Source of the DNA: Cyanophora paradoxa CCMP329
Taxonomy: Eukaryota > Plantae > Glaucophyta
NCBI GenBank assembly: GCA_004431415.1
Contig: QPMI01000203.1
Coordinates: forward strand, 1-64,000
Length of the DNA stretch: 64,000 bases
Direction: 5' to 3'
Shown: one piece after another, positions 23,340 through 34,959 of the stretch
Layout of the letters: every line of letters starts with the position of its first letter
How positions within the stretch are numbered: the first letter of the stretch is position 1
Position numbers and translations under genes: made by a program
The notes under the pieces: generated by a model
Database searches by the model: none
Told to the model about the DNA's origin: nothing
What the model saw: the letters and a program-made list of their open reading frames with translations, nothing else

Positions 23340-24670
23340 AGATCAACGGCCGGGCTTCCGCGCGGGAAGGCCGGCTACGAACTGATGTCTCCAAAAAAAA
23401 GGGCTCACCGCGTCCGCAGCAAGGCGGAGGCGGGGGAAGGAGCCGATAGAGGAGCAGGAAGACGAGTAGTGGCCGGCGCGGCGTCGACGCGCGATGGCGG
23501 CCGGGAAGGAGGAGCGACGGGTACGGGGATGCGATGTCCGCACCGCACGGGCGTCGGCCGAGGAGCGGGAGTGGGCGGGAAAGATCGGGGTCCGAGGGAT
23601 CGCACGTAGATCACCAGCCGGGCTTCCTCGCAGGAAGGCCGGCTGCGATCTGGGGTCTCCGCCGAGGCTCACAGCGTCCGCAGCGCGGCGGAGGCGGGGA
23701 GGGAGCCGGGGAGAGGGCGGGGAAGGGCGACAGGGACGGTTCGGGGCGCCGCACGCAGATCACCGGCCGGGCTTCCTCGCGGGAAGGCCGGCTGTGATCT
23801 GCAGCTGGGATCTCCGCCGAGGCTCGCAGCGTCCGCAGCGCGGCGGAGGCAGGGAGGGAGTTGGGGAGAGTGCGGGGAAGGGCAACGGGGACGGTTCGGG
23901 GCGCCGCACGCAGATCACCGGCCAGGCTTCCTCGGGGGAAGGCCGGCTGTGATCTGGGATCTCCGCCGAGGCTCGCAGCGTCCGCGGCGCGGCGGAGGTG
24001 GAGAGGGAGCCGGGGAGAGTGCGGGGAAGGGCAACGGGGACGGTTCGGGGCGCCGCACGCAGATCACCGGCCAGGCTTCCTCGGGGGAAGGCCGGCTGTG
24101 ATCTGGGATCTCCGCCGAGGCTCGCAGCGTCCGCAGCGCGGCGGAGGCAGGGAGGGAGTTGGGGAGAGTGCGGGGAAGGGCAACGGGGACGGTTCGGGGC
24201 GCCGCACGCAGATCACCGGCCAGGCTTCCTCGGGGGAAGGCCGGCTGTGATCTGGGATCTCCGCCGAGGCTCGCAGCGTCCGCAGCGCGGCGGAGGCGGG
24301 GAGGGAGAGGGCGGAGACGGGAGGGGGCAGGTTCGAGGGGCCGCACGTGGATCACCGGCTGGGTTTCCTCGCGAGAAGGCCAGTGATGATCTGCTGTCTC
24401 CGACGAGGCTCCCGGCGTCCGCGGCGCGGCGGAGGCAGGGAAGGAGCCGGTGTGGGGGAGGGGAGACGAGTAACGGACGGCGCGGCGTCGGCGAGCGACG
24501 GCGGCCGGGGAAAGGAATGACGGGTGCGGAAATCGATGTCGGCGACGTATGGACGTCGGCCAACGGGCGGGAGTGGGCGGGGGAAGTGATGACGAGGAGG
24601 GTCCGAGGAGCCGAGGGAAGATCGCCGACCGGGCTTCCGCGCGGGAAGGCCGGCTGCGATCGGTGATCTC
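23340..24670. repeat. ~149-bp tandem repeat array with a conserved hairpin in the retroelement 5' leader
   Basis: Equivalent positions at 23656, 23811, 23960, 24109, 24258; degenerate hairpin copies near 23340, 23608, 24350, 24620. Confidence 0.9.
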
Positions 24671-25314
24671 CGGCGAGGTTCACGTGTCCGCAGCGCGGCG
24701 GAGACGTGGGCGGGAGAAAGTGGGGGCGGGGGAAGTGATCGCGAGGCAGATCCGCAGCTGAGCGTCGGCGGTCCACCGGCGAGTCGAAGGGCTGGATCCG
24801 CCAAAAATTTTGGCAGAGTCTCCCCCTTCGAAAGGCCGAGAAGTGCGCGGCGCTGAAGCGGGCGGCAGGGTGGGTCGGATCGTCGAAGGGATCGGGATGA
24901 CGGGACCCGGGAGCGTTCGGTCGATGACGGGCGCGTCCGGTCGATTTCCGATCGCCTCCGATGCCGCCAGCAACGATCGGAAGCGACGGCGGCGACGGCA
25001 CGCGTGTGCAGACGACAACGGTGATGTGAAAGGTCGAGCTCAGCGGCTGGCATGGAGGATCGGACAGCGGCTGGACAGGGCGGGGGTCAAGGTGCGATCG
25101 GATGTTGCGAGGCGATCGCGCGCAGGGGGGGGGGCGACGTGACGGGGCTTCAAACGATGTGAATTGAAGAGATGGAGCTTGCCAGCACGGAGAGGCGCCG
25201 GGGGAGATCGGTTGGGGTCGGTGACGGGAGGAGATTCGCTGGGCGGACGAACGCGGCGATCGGGCCTTTTCGCGAAAGGGCCGAGTGCGACGCGCTGTCT
25301 TCTCACCGTCCGAC

Positions 25315-25388
25315 ACGTTCTGCGTCCAACGCGGGACGGAGAAACGAGCGGGCAGCAACGTTCTGCGTCCAACGCGGGACGGAGAAAC
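25315..25388. repeat. Two-copy direct repeat acgttctgcgtccaacgcgggacggagaaac, each an imperfect hairpin
   Basis: Copies at ~25315 and ~25358. Confidence 0.8.
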
Positions 25389-25519
25389 TAGCGAGCAGCA
25401 ACGAGTTCGCGATCCAACCGACGATAACGCGCTCTTCCAGCCGCGGGTCACTTCGTCCAGCGGGCCGGCGTCGCCTAGCAGCGGCTGGCGGTCGGCGGGC
25501 TGGACGAGGCCCGGCGAGG

Positions 25520-25802
25520 GTCAGAAGGACCAGGTTTCCGGTACAGATGAACATGCTCGTGCGTGCTGCGCAGCGTAGGCAAGCTGGCAGCGCAGGCGGG
25601 CAGAGCTGGTGTGTCGTGACTCGTGAACAGGTGCAGGGTACAAGTGTGTCACCCGGGGCGTGAGCCCGGGAGGGGTACATGAAAAGTAGTGGGGGTCCAA
25701 TCGGCGCACTCAATGCGAGCGCTGCGGAGACTAAGGCCAAGCACTGCGAGTAGCGCGACTCGGGGTGCCGGCTCCTGACGGCATAAAGCCGTGAGGCAAT
25801 AG
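25520..25802 (-). repeat. 5' LTR (283 bp)
   Basis: Identical to 11811-12093; lacks the terminal A of the CA end and is not followed by a TGG-type PBS. Confidence 0.9.
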
Positions 25803-26174
25803 TTGATTTTGAATAAGCTTGAAGCCTGCAATAAAAATGTGACTCGGTGAAAAGTTGAAAAACGCGGAGATCTAGACTCTGCAATAAGATCTACACGCAG
25901 ATGAGTCCGACCGGGACGGTCATGATCACGTCGTCCACCTTGGTCCAACTTGGCAAGCCTTGAAGCCGGACAATTTGGCAACTTGGCAATCCAACACTGC
26001 GACACTGTGACAATCCGCGCTCGAGGTCCGACGGTCTAAGCCCAGAGAAATACGGAGTACGTGTAATAGCTTCTACTGCCAGCGGCTGATCGAATATCGT
26101 GGCAGGAACTTGAAAGCAAAACAATTAAGTACGTATCCGGGCTCGAGAAGTCTTGCGAATGTCTCGCCAGCGCA

Positions 26175-28388
26175 CTACGCGGCGGATGTGGTCGCGGAGA
26201 AGGGAGAGGAAGGGCGGGGTGGGGCGGCGGCAGGCCGGCGGTGGAGGGGCCCCTTGGAGGCCGGGGGCGCGGGGGTGCATGTGCGCTCCTGCGGGACGGC
26301 GGCGCCGGCGAGCTCGGCGAGGTGGAGCTCGAGGGCGGCGCGCAGGTCGGCGGCGGAGGGGTCGGCCCCCGCGGGAGCCACCAGGCCGACGCTCGCGCAG
26401 CCGGCGTAGCTGAGGAGGGAGACGGCGATGCCGCCCTCGGTGCAGGGCGGCGCGAGCGGGCGCATGGCGAGCACGGGGCAGCCGGCGATGTGCAGGCGCT
26501 CGTCGGGGCCCCGCACGTTCGTGCAGAGCACGGACTCGCGCGGGCACAGCAGACCCTGCACGGCGCGCACGGCCCGCCTCGGGAGGCGCCCGAGCAGCCG
26601 CAGCAGCGCAGCCGTCAGCGCCGGCTGCACCGCCCCCCGCTTCAGCAGCGCCATCCGCGCCGAGGCCGCCCGCATACACGCCCCCGCATCGGGCCCCGCC
26701 TGCGTCGGCAGCCGCAGCGCCGCGAAACCTGCGCATCGCCGCCTCGCGCGACGCGCGGGTGCGGGGGCGGGGGAAGGGGGGGAGCAGGACCGGAGCGGTT
26801 GAAGGCGCCGGGGGCCGGGTGGGCGGAGGCGAGGGGACCCGAGGCGCGGAGGTTGAAAAGGACGTAGGCGACGGGCTCAGGGGCCGGCGCGGCCGCCCGG
26901 GGGCGCCGCGAAGCGAGGGCGGCCGCCACGCAGCCGAGGAACGCGTCGTTGAGCGTGGCCCCGCGCGCCCGCGCCGCCTCCTTCAGCCCGCCCAAGGCGA
27001 GGGACCGCGTCCACAGGACCTGCTTGGCGGGGGCCCCACGCGGCGCCGGCGAGGCGGGGCGGATGAAGGGCGTCCGCCCGAAGAGCGCCGCGTCCATTGC
27101 CCGCCACCTGCGGGAAGTGAGGGGGGCGCCGGGGCGGGCGGGCGGCGGCGGCGGCGGCGGCGCACGCGTATCGCAGGTGCTGCTCCACGAGGAGCAGCAG
27201 GCCCGCGGCCAGGCCCACCGCCCGGGGGCCCGCCACCTGCTCCCGGGGCGGCGCTGGGCCGACGGACGGCAGGAGGCGCCCGATCGCCCTCGAGAGGAGC
27301 AGGCAGGGGAGACACAGAAGCTGCCGGGCGGGCGCTCACGCGGCGACACGGGGAGCGGCGGCGGGGCGCGCACCTGGGCGAGGAGCTGGAGGGACAAGAA
27401 GAGGGCGGCATGCTCGGCGAGGGCGAGAAGGCAGCCGGGGCCAGAGCGCCAGCCGCGCGGCTGCAGGCTGGGCGGCGAGGAGGAGCCGTGGCCCTCCGAG
27501 TCGGGCCCCTCGCGCCCCGCCCCATCCGTCGCCATCAGCAGCGCCGACATCGCCCCGTACGCGTCGCTGCTCTGAGTCAGGAGGGGCGGAGCGCCCGAGG
27601 GGCGGCGCCCGGCGCCCGACCTCAGCGCGTGGCTGCACCTGCGGCGCGGGGCAGGGGTCGGCGCGCTGCCGGCGCGTGCCCCGCAGGCGGGCTGGGGCGC
27701 ACTGCAGGAAGACGAAGCGGCGGTCGCCGGCTCGGATCAGGCGGCCGAGCTGCCGCCGCGTGAGCCGCCCGAGCTCGTGTAGCGAGAGGCGGGGCGGGGG
27801 ACACCCAGAGGACGTGACCGGCGCGCCGCGGAAAGCAGGTGGAGGCGAGGCGGGAGACGGTCTCCTCGATGGCGGCCTCCACGTCGGCTTCGGCGGCGAC
27901 GTCCACCGCCGAGACCTGCCCGCCCCGCCTTAAAGGCCCCGGCGCCGGCCCCCGCCGCCTGCAGGCCTGGCGCGGCGCACCACGCGCTCAATGTCCACTT
28001 CCACGTCCTCCACCCGGCCCGCGTCGTCCAGAGAAAGCCTAAAACGCCGGTCCACCTTCACGAGCCGCTCGCTCAGCACCGACTGCAGCTCCGCCAGCTC
28101 GAGACTGAGATTTTCATCGATATCTCGAGCTGGAAGCTCGCCGGGCAGGGCGAGCGATCCCTGCAACAGAGCATCGCAAATGCTTAGCTAGAGCACTTCG
28201 CCGAAGCGCCGAGCTCACCCGCTTCCCGGCCTCGATAAGTACGCCGATATTGAGAGGCAGTTCCGCATGTTCGGCCTGAAATATTAATGTGCATTAGCCT
28301 TCTCAGAAGTACGCCGGTGACGCAGCGAAAAGCGCGCCTTCAAATAAAAGGAGTCAGATGGGTCCACGCGGGCGCCGGGTCCCATCAT
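26175..28388 (-). CDS. Wax ester synthase / diacylglycerol acyltransferase (WS/DGAT) family, multi-exon
   Basis: DPSDSFYLK|AEHAELPLNIG; spliced active-site-like CSHALSDAYG; GATLNDAFLGCVAAAL; VLCTNVRGP..LHIAG; GIAVSLLSYAG. Confidence 0.82.
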
Positions 28389-28709
28389 TCTAGGCACGCC
28401 CGCGAGACGGGCCCACCTCGACGCGAACGGCCCGGCGGCGTGACGACGTCGACCGTCGCTCCCGCGGTTTTTCCCGCACGATGGCGGGGCGAGCGCGTAC
28501 CGTAGCACGCGTGCGATGCCGTTTGAGCAGAAGGCGTCACGACAACGGCGCCCGGCTAGCCGTGAGGCTTGCAATTGATCATGATCATGACGGCTGGACG
28601 TCCACCGTCGTCCAGGGCCCGTGGGGTACAGTATGTTTGATCCTGTTCCCCGCGCTGGCCCCCCGCGCGCCTCACGCCGGCGCCGGCAAATATAGGTCTA
28701 TAGCTAGCG

Positions 28710-29330
28710 AGATGCACTGCGGCACTGTGGCACAGATCTAGAGTCTAGCGGTGCCCGACATTGCACGTCCGTATTTGGACACGTCACGGCGTACTACGGT
28801 ACTAAAACGCAGGTCCGGGCTACTAGGCTACAAGTGTGGGAATGTACACTGCGGCCGCCCGGCGGCCGCGGCCGCGGGCCCAACCCACCAGCGAGCTGGC
28901 CGGCCCGGCGGCCGGGCCCTGCGTGGCCCCCTATATAGCTAAGCTTAAGGAGAGTAATGCGCCTCCCCGCGGACACTCTGGCTAGCTAAATAGCTACATG
29001 TGTCCGCATGCACAGCGTGGTGCTGCATAGCGTCTTGTGGCGGCGGGGGTCGCCTCGGGGCGGTGGCGGGAGCCCCTACAGGGCCTTGGGGGGGCCCGAC
29101 ATGGAGTCAGCCTGCGGTGGGCGCGAAGATTAAGCTAAGACGTCCTAGGGGTTTGTGGTGTTGGCCATGGGCCATGTTCTAGATGATCGTAATCGTAATT
29201 CTTAGCTCCCCTGGGCTTTCCTCCATGTCTAGCTGATCGCAATCGTAATTCTGAGTATCTTAGCTTGGTCTAGATGAGATCGTAATCGTAATTCTAGATC
29301 TAGATGAGATCGTAATCGTATAGCTCCCTG
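28710..29330 (+). repeat. Dispersed repeat family B, copy 1, with adjoining ATCGTAATC-type degenerate minisatellite
   Basis: 28780-29128 is the reverse complement of 35310-35607; also homologous to 50190-50430. Confidence 0.88.
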
Positions 29331-29396
29331 GCCTTCGAATTCGTCAACTTCAAGCTTCTGATGATTTCGATGCGAATTAGATATTCGAGGACTTCC

Positions 29397-30748
29397 CTAT
29401 CTCTTTCCAAGAGCCCAGGAGAATATGCCGGAGCTCTTCTGGCTACCAGCACGTCTTGGGTCCCCTTCCGAGTGCTGTCTTCGAAGCTGAGCAAGCCGTT
29501 TGTAGGTCGCCTGCAGCCGCAGCCCAAGAATCAAGCCCAGTTGGCCACAAGCGAAAATGCTGACATTCGGTCTACGCACCTCTGTGGAAGCCCGCTGATC
29601 AGCTGCAGTTGCAATGTGGCTCGGGTCGTCCACGATGCACGCGGAGCCGACCTCGGACTGCCCATCAAAGTCAAGATCTGCTTCTCCAAACTCATCAGGT
29701 AACTTCGTGCTGAAATCTTCCGACCCCGCAACTGAAGAATCCCCCCCCTGCTGGCGCTGTCGCAGCTCGCCGGCCTTCCCAGCACCACGGCCTCCACTTG
29801 GACTGCCGAGCCAAGTACCCATTGACATCGCCGAATGCTGCATGCGCCTCGAGCTGGTACTCTCCTGCGACACGGAACCTGCATCGCCGTCGGCAGCAGC
29901 TGCAGCTGCAATGGCCTGCTGGCGCTTCGCAGCAGCCTGCACAAGGGTTAGCAGCGTGTTAGCCGCGATAACCACTCGTTGAAGCAGCACACCTCTAAAA
30001 TAGCATGTGCAGGAGCGGACGCGCGCATCGTTGCGTGTGCAAAGCACAGCGATGCACACGCCATCGTGGCCCAGCAAACCTGCGTGAACATTGCAACTCA
30101 AAAAGCTAGATGACATCGCATATCGCGTCAAAATACGAACCCTCACGACCACCGGAGACGAAATGGCTAGAGAGGCCGTGCCTGCATTCCATTAAATCGG
30201 AGGACTGGGTCGAGTAACACGGCGAATACCCAAAAACAGGAGGCCGTACAACTCCTCGCGCGACATACTTGTGCTCGGAGGAAGGTTCTCGTTGCGCGTG
30301 CGCAACGCGTAGAACCAGCCGAGCATGACTAATATCAAACCGAGAAAACCAAGCGTGTTCGCAATGCTATAGGCGAGGTCAGCGTGGCCCAGCGGTAGAT
30401 CTGTGATCGCGCGCGAGCTGGCGCACAACACGTAAGCGTAGAGAGAGAGGGCGAAGTTGAGGTAGTTCGTGCGGAAAGTTTGCCAGTTTCGAGCGAGCCG
30501 CGCTTTCCACTCCCACGAGGACTCGGGCAGGCGAAAGTACCTGGCGCGCACGTCAGCGAGCGCGTAGACTTCTAGGTGCTCCGCGCAGGTGCGCACGAGA
30601 CGTCAAGAACCATGAGAAGGCTTTGAGACGGCGGAAAGGACCTGTAATCCACGAAGTCGCTCGCCCACACTACGAGCTCGTGCACTTCGTTAAAGAGTGC
30701 GGCGAACGGGCCCGACGCGCCGTTCGCGGCTCGCACCCCCCTCCGCAT
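29397..30748 (-). CDS. PRA1 (prenylated Rab acceptor) family membrane protein, multi-exon
   Basis: YFRLPESSWEWKARLARNWQTFRTNYL, hydrophobic segments, LCFAHATMR; low-complexity C-terminal tail. End point less certain. Confidence 0.68.
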
Positions 30749-31001
30749 CTTAGAGGAATCCGCTAAGTGCGGCGCTGCGCGCTGACTACGTGAACCCTCG
30801 CTCGAAACTGGCAAAACTTTGCACTACCCTCGCCGGGCTCGCACCCCCCCGACAGCGGTACAGCCCCGAAGACATCAACTCTCTGCAGGCTATACGCACA
30901 CGCACACAGCGCACCGTCGAGCGCGCAGCGCCGCACGTGACCGCTACGGCGGCGCGTGGGCTCGAGCGCTACGCAAGGGCTCGAGCACAACTCAGAGGGC
31001 C

Positions 31002-32349
31002 ATGCAAGGGCTCGAGCGCTATGCAAAGGCGCACAAAGTCGGCGAGGGCACGTACGGCAACGTCTTCCTGGCCACCGACAAGCTGACCGGGCGTACCGTC
31101 GCGCTGAAGAAGATCAAGGCTGGCGACGTCAAGGAGGGTGTAAATTTCACCGCGCTACGGGAAATAAAGCTGCTGCAGGAGCTTCGCCACCCGAACGTGG
31201 TCGAGGTACTGCTGACTGTTCCCAGCGCTCGCCCCCGTTGAACCCGCGCCGGGAACAGCTCCTGGACGTATTCTCGCGAAATGGGAGCGTGTACCTCGTA
31301 TTCGAGTTCCTGGAAACTGATCTCGACGCGGTGATCCGGGACAGCTCGCTCATCTTGTATGAAGCCGACATCAAGGCTTACATGCTGATGCTGATGCGTG
31401 GTGTCCTGGCTTGTCATGATTCCTGGATCCTTCACAGGGTGCTGCCTGTCCGCCATGGGCGTTCTTCAGTTCACAAATGCCGTTCCCTTTCGTCAGGATC
31501 TGAAACCAGACAATCTTTTGATTGCTCCTGATGGGCAGCTCAAGATTGCGGACTTCGGTTTAGCTCGCATGTTTGGCAGCCCAGACCGGAACCTCTCCAA
31601 CCAAGTTGTTACAAGGTTTTTATTTGCGCGTGTCCCCCCATGCATAAACCCAAGTGCAAATCAAGCGCAGGTGGTACAGGGCCCCAGAGCTGTTTTTTGG
31701 TGCAAAAAAGTATGGGGCCGCGGTGGACATGTGGGCAGTCGGTTGCATATTCGCTGAGCTAATGCTTCGGTGCGATCTGTGCACATGCTAACATGAATGG
31801 TTTTGTACTTTCTGATTCGCATGAACAGGGTCCCTTATTTTCCTGGAGAAAGTGACATCGATCAGCTTGCGAAAATCTTTGCAGCTCTTGGCACCCCGAC
31901 AGATGCAGATTGGCCGGTGCTGTCAATGTCCCTCGGCAGTAGCCCATTCCATTCATCGCATGATTCGATACTCAGGGCATGCGCGAGTTGCCGGGCTATG
32001 TGGAATTCGAAGAGTTTCGCGGCACACCTTTTCGGATCCTTTTCAAGGCAGCCTCTGATCAGGCCCTGGATCTTCTTGGTCGCCTCTTGACATACAATCC
32101 GGCGAAGAGGATAACTGCAGCTGAGGTTAGCCCTCCACTCTCATCGGTATTATCAATGCTTCAACTCACGCAAAACAGGCCCTGCAACACCCCTACTTCG
32201 CAGTAGCACCAATGCCAACCCCTGCGGACAGGCTTCCACGTCCCAAGAAAACTGCGAGCCAGCCGGTAGAGGCCAGGAAACCTAAATCTCCAAGCTCCCG
32301 GGCCAGTGCAGGCACCGGGAATACCCCCAGAAAGGCTCTCAATTTTTAG
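31002..32349 (+). CDS. CDK7: CDK-activating kinase CDK7/CDKD, multi-exon
   Basis: [33 protein letters not shown]|[25 protein letters not shown]|[24 protein letters not shown]; TAG at 32347-32349. Confidence 0.93.
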
Positions 32350-32553
32350 TTTCGACATTGGACGGGGGTTTGGCTTTGATCTTGATTACGATTACGATTA
32401 GGGGTTGGACAACTGAGCCAAGGTCGGAATTCTTTCAGAGCTAACGTCGGACCTCTTTGATTGCGATTACGATTGCGATGTGGCCCCGGGCCCTAAGGGT
32501 TAGAGCGCCCGCGCTCTCGCTGCGCGCCTGCGGCTTTGATCCCAGTACCCATA

Positions 32554-32963
32554 TGCGTTCAGCGTAGACAGATCTAGCTAGCTGTGAACTACGCCTGTCT
32601 GGGTTACACGTAGGAAGGTGCGGCCCTCGCCGTTGCCGGCCCGGCCGTTCCCTCCCGAGACCCGTAAGGGGAGTAACGCTCCACCCCCGCACAGCCTAGG
32701 CCGCGCGCGTGTCGTGCGCAGCATCGCGTCGTCGTTCTTGGGCGGTGGGAGTTCCTGCAGGCCCGGCGGGGCCGGGACCCGTCGGTAGCCTGCGGGGCCG
32801 ATGCGGCGCACGCGCGGAGGGGGGTCGGTCACTGAGTCAGATCGAAATTGATCGGAAATCGAAATCGAAGGCGCGCACTCGGGGAAAGCGCGAAAGCGCG
32901 ATCCCTCCCTGGTCGATTCTGCAGGGCGGCGGAAGCGCGCAGAGGGGGGTCAGACAGCGCACG
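32554..32963 (+). repeat. Dispersed repeat family A, copy 1
   Basis: Highly similar to 49668-50096 (direct) and to 33522-33707 (inverted, internally deleted). Confidence 0.92.
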
Positions 32964-33229
32964 CGAGATCGGAGGCGGGGCGGGCACCCAGGGGTTCCAA
33001 TCCACGCTCCGCGAGGGTAGATTGGCGGGCCTCCCAGTGCGAGTGCCTGCACGCGCGGGGTTGCGAACGCGGGCATTCCAACGCGGGCGGCGCGCTGGGA
33101 CGGCGCGGACCTGGGCGCGCTCGGCCTCGCCGGGGAGAAAGCCTGCAGCGTTGCGCGCGCGCGCGGCGTCAAACCAGGAGGACGCGCCGGCGCGCCGCGC
33201 GCGCGGAGGCGCACCTGGGAAGGCGCCAC

Positions 33230-33470
33230 GAAAGTGGCGCGCTCCATGGAGCACCGGCAGGAATGCGATCCGCTGCGTAAGCAACGGAAAGGTCAAGGAA
33301 CAACTGTACTGAATCTCGCAAACTTTTTGATAGCCTTCCTCAGGCAGCTCTGTGTTGAAAAGCGCGGAGCAGGTTCTCCTTAGGGCAGCAATGAGCGTGC
33401 TCTCAGCCTCGAAATCGACGCCATCCTCTGGAAGAACTTGGCCTCGAGGACGCGAAGAAGAAGAACTCAA
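33230..33470 (-). pseudogene. Orphan exon-intron fragment of an unidentified gene between two family A copies
   Basis: GQVLPEDGVDFEAESTLIAALRRTCSALFNTELPEEGYQK then gt..cag intron and RIAFLPVLHG; no proper start. Confidence 0.45.
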
Positions 33471-33521
33471 ATCGAGTACCCATATGCATGGCCACTCGGT
33501 ATTGTCGGTACAGCCGAGTGT

Positions 33522-33707
33522 CCGAGTGCGCGCCTTCGATTTCGATTTCCGATCAATCGGCCCTAGGCTGTGCGGGGGTGGAGCGTTACTCCCCTTACGG
33601 GTCTCGGGGGGAACGGCCGGGCCGGCAACGGCGAGGGCTGCACCTCCCTACGTGTAACCCAGACAGGCGTAGTTCACAGCTAGCTAGCTCTGTCTACGCT
33701 GAACGCA
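33522..33707 (-). repeat. Repeat family A, inverted copy with internal deletion
   Basis: 33559-33707 is the reverse complement of 32554-32703; 33522-33556 is the reverse complement of ~32848-32882. Confidence 0.9.
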
Positions 33708-33865
33708 GCTAGTCCGACGGAACTGTCGTCGTCGACGGTATAAAAGCGCCTCGAAGCGCGGCTTTGAAGCGCCCTTCGAATTCAGCTTGAAGCAGCCCTT
33801 GAAGCGGAAGCGGCAGCGGCTCTCACACAGGACAGCTGCGCGAGAGGAGTCAAGAACGCGCCGGC

Positions 33866-34788
33866 ATGTGGTTCAACACAAATCAGACCGACGTACACGC
33901 GACGCACGGACACGCTCCCCTCGCAAACCCGGTATCAGCAACGCGAATCAACCGCGAATTCGGCTTGCGCAGCGAGATCGAGCGCGGCCTGAGGTGCGTC
34001 TCTTTTACAGAACCTTGTTACGAAAGGCGTGAATGGATTTCCCTGAGCTTCCCGCGCAGGGATGAGATCCGGGAGCTTCAGACGCGCCTTCACGACGCGC
34101 TGAGGTCCGCCGCTCGTGCAGAGCGCCGCCGCTCTTGCAGAGCGCGCTCAGGTCCGCAAACGAGGCCAGGCGCGAGCCTCCTGGCAATCGGGAGGCGCTG
34201 GCGGAGGAGCGCCAGGCGATGATGAATCAGATCAAGAGCCTTCAAGAAGACAACCTTCAACTGAATCGAAAAGCGCAATCCGCACACGCCGAGAGGGAAA
34301 AGGCCGTCAAGGAACTGCTCGCCGCCCGAAGCCGTATCGATACGCTGGAAGCAGAGTTGAAGCGGGCACGCGAGCAGGCGCCGGGCCTCCGCTTGCCTGC
34401 ACACCTGCCCGTCCCTTCTCCAGCTCCAGTATCGGCGTCGCCTGCAGCTGCCCGTCCCCGGCAGCCCATCCCTCATACCGTTGCTCAAATACCACTGCAG
34501 CCGGTGGAAGAAAGCTGGGTTTCGATTATAGCCGATGGAGTTCGCCAGCTGTTTGGCTCTGCTGGCGAGGCCGACACCGGAGCTGGGGCCTGGGAAGGCA
34601 GCGGTGGAGGCCAAGGCCGCCAAGGCCAAGGTGGAGTGCCGGCTCCTGCAAATCATCAGCAGCAGCAACGACAGCAGGACAAGAGCAGTGTCCAACGCCC
34701 ACCCTCTCAGAAAGGTCCCCGGCATCGTCGGGACTATGGATCAGCGCTGCACGGAGCCGACGCAGAGAACATAGCCGTCTTAATGTGA
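33866..34788 (+). CDS. Hypothetical coiled-coil protein (about 3 exons)
   Basis: ATG 33866, two short GT-AG introns, heptad-rich EERQAMMNQIKSLQEDNLQL..IDTLEAELKR; TGA 34788. Confidence 0.6.
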
Positions 34789-34959
34789 TATTTAGACTTT
34801 TTTTCGACCATAATAAGCATGTTGATACTGCTATGATCTCGAAGTCTCGATCTCACCTTCTCAAAGTTCTCCCAACCAAGCATTTGGACACGCACTAAAA
34901 TTGCAAGTCCAGGCTACAAGTCTTGTAGCCCGTAATCGCGTGGCACCTGTGGAAGGTCG

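Larger units (their letters stand above)
11810..25802 (-). mobile_element. ~14-kb Ty3/gypsy-type LTR retrotransposon, defective
   Basis: Direct terminal repeats 11811-12093 and 25520-25802; minus-strand order zinc knuckles, RT, RNase H, integrase; several frameshifts; YxDD region absent; no clear TSD, PBS or PPT. Confidence 0.92.

Noticed and set aside
23340-24670. CRISPR-like array (palindromic repeats at regular spacing)
   Set aside because: Intervening sequences are homologous to each other rather than unique spacers, no cas genes, and the context is a eukaryotic retroelement.
33640-33707. Helitron 3' end (hairpin + CTAG) for repeat family A
   Set aside because: Similarity among all three copies continues ~20 bp beyond CTAG and the hairpin is weak.
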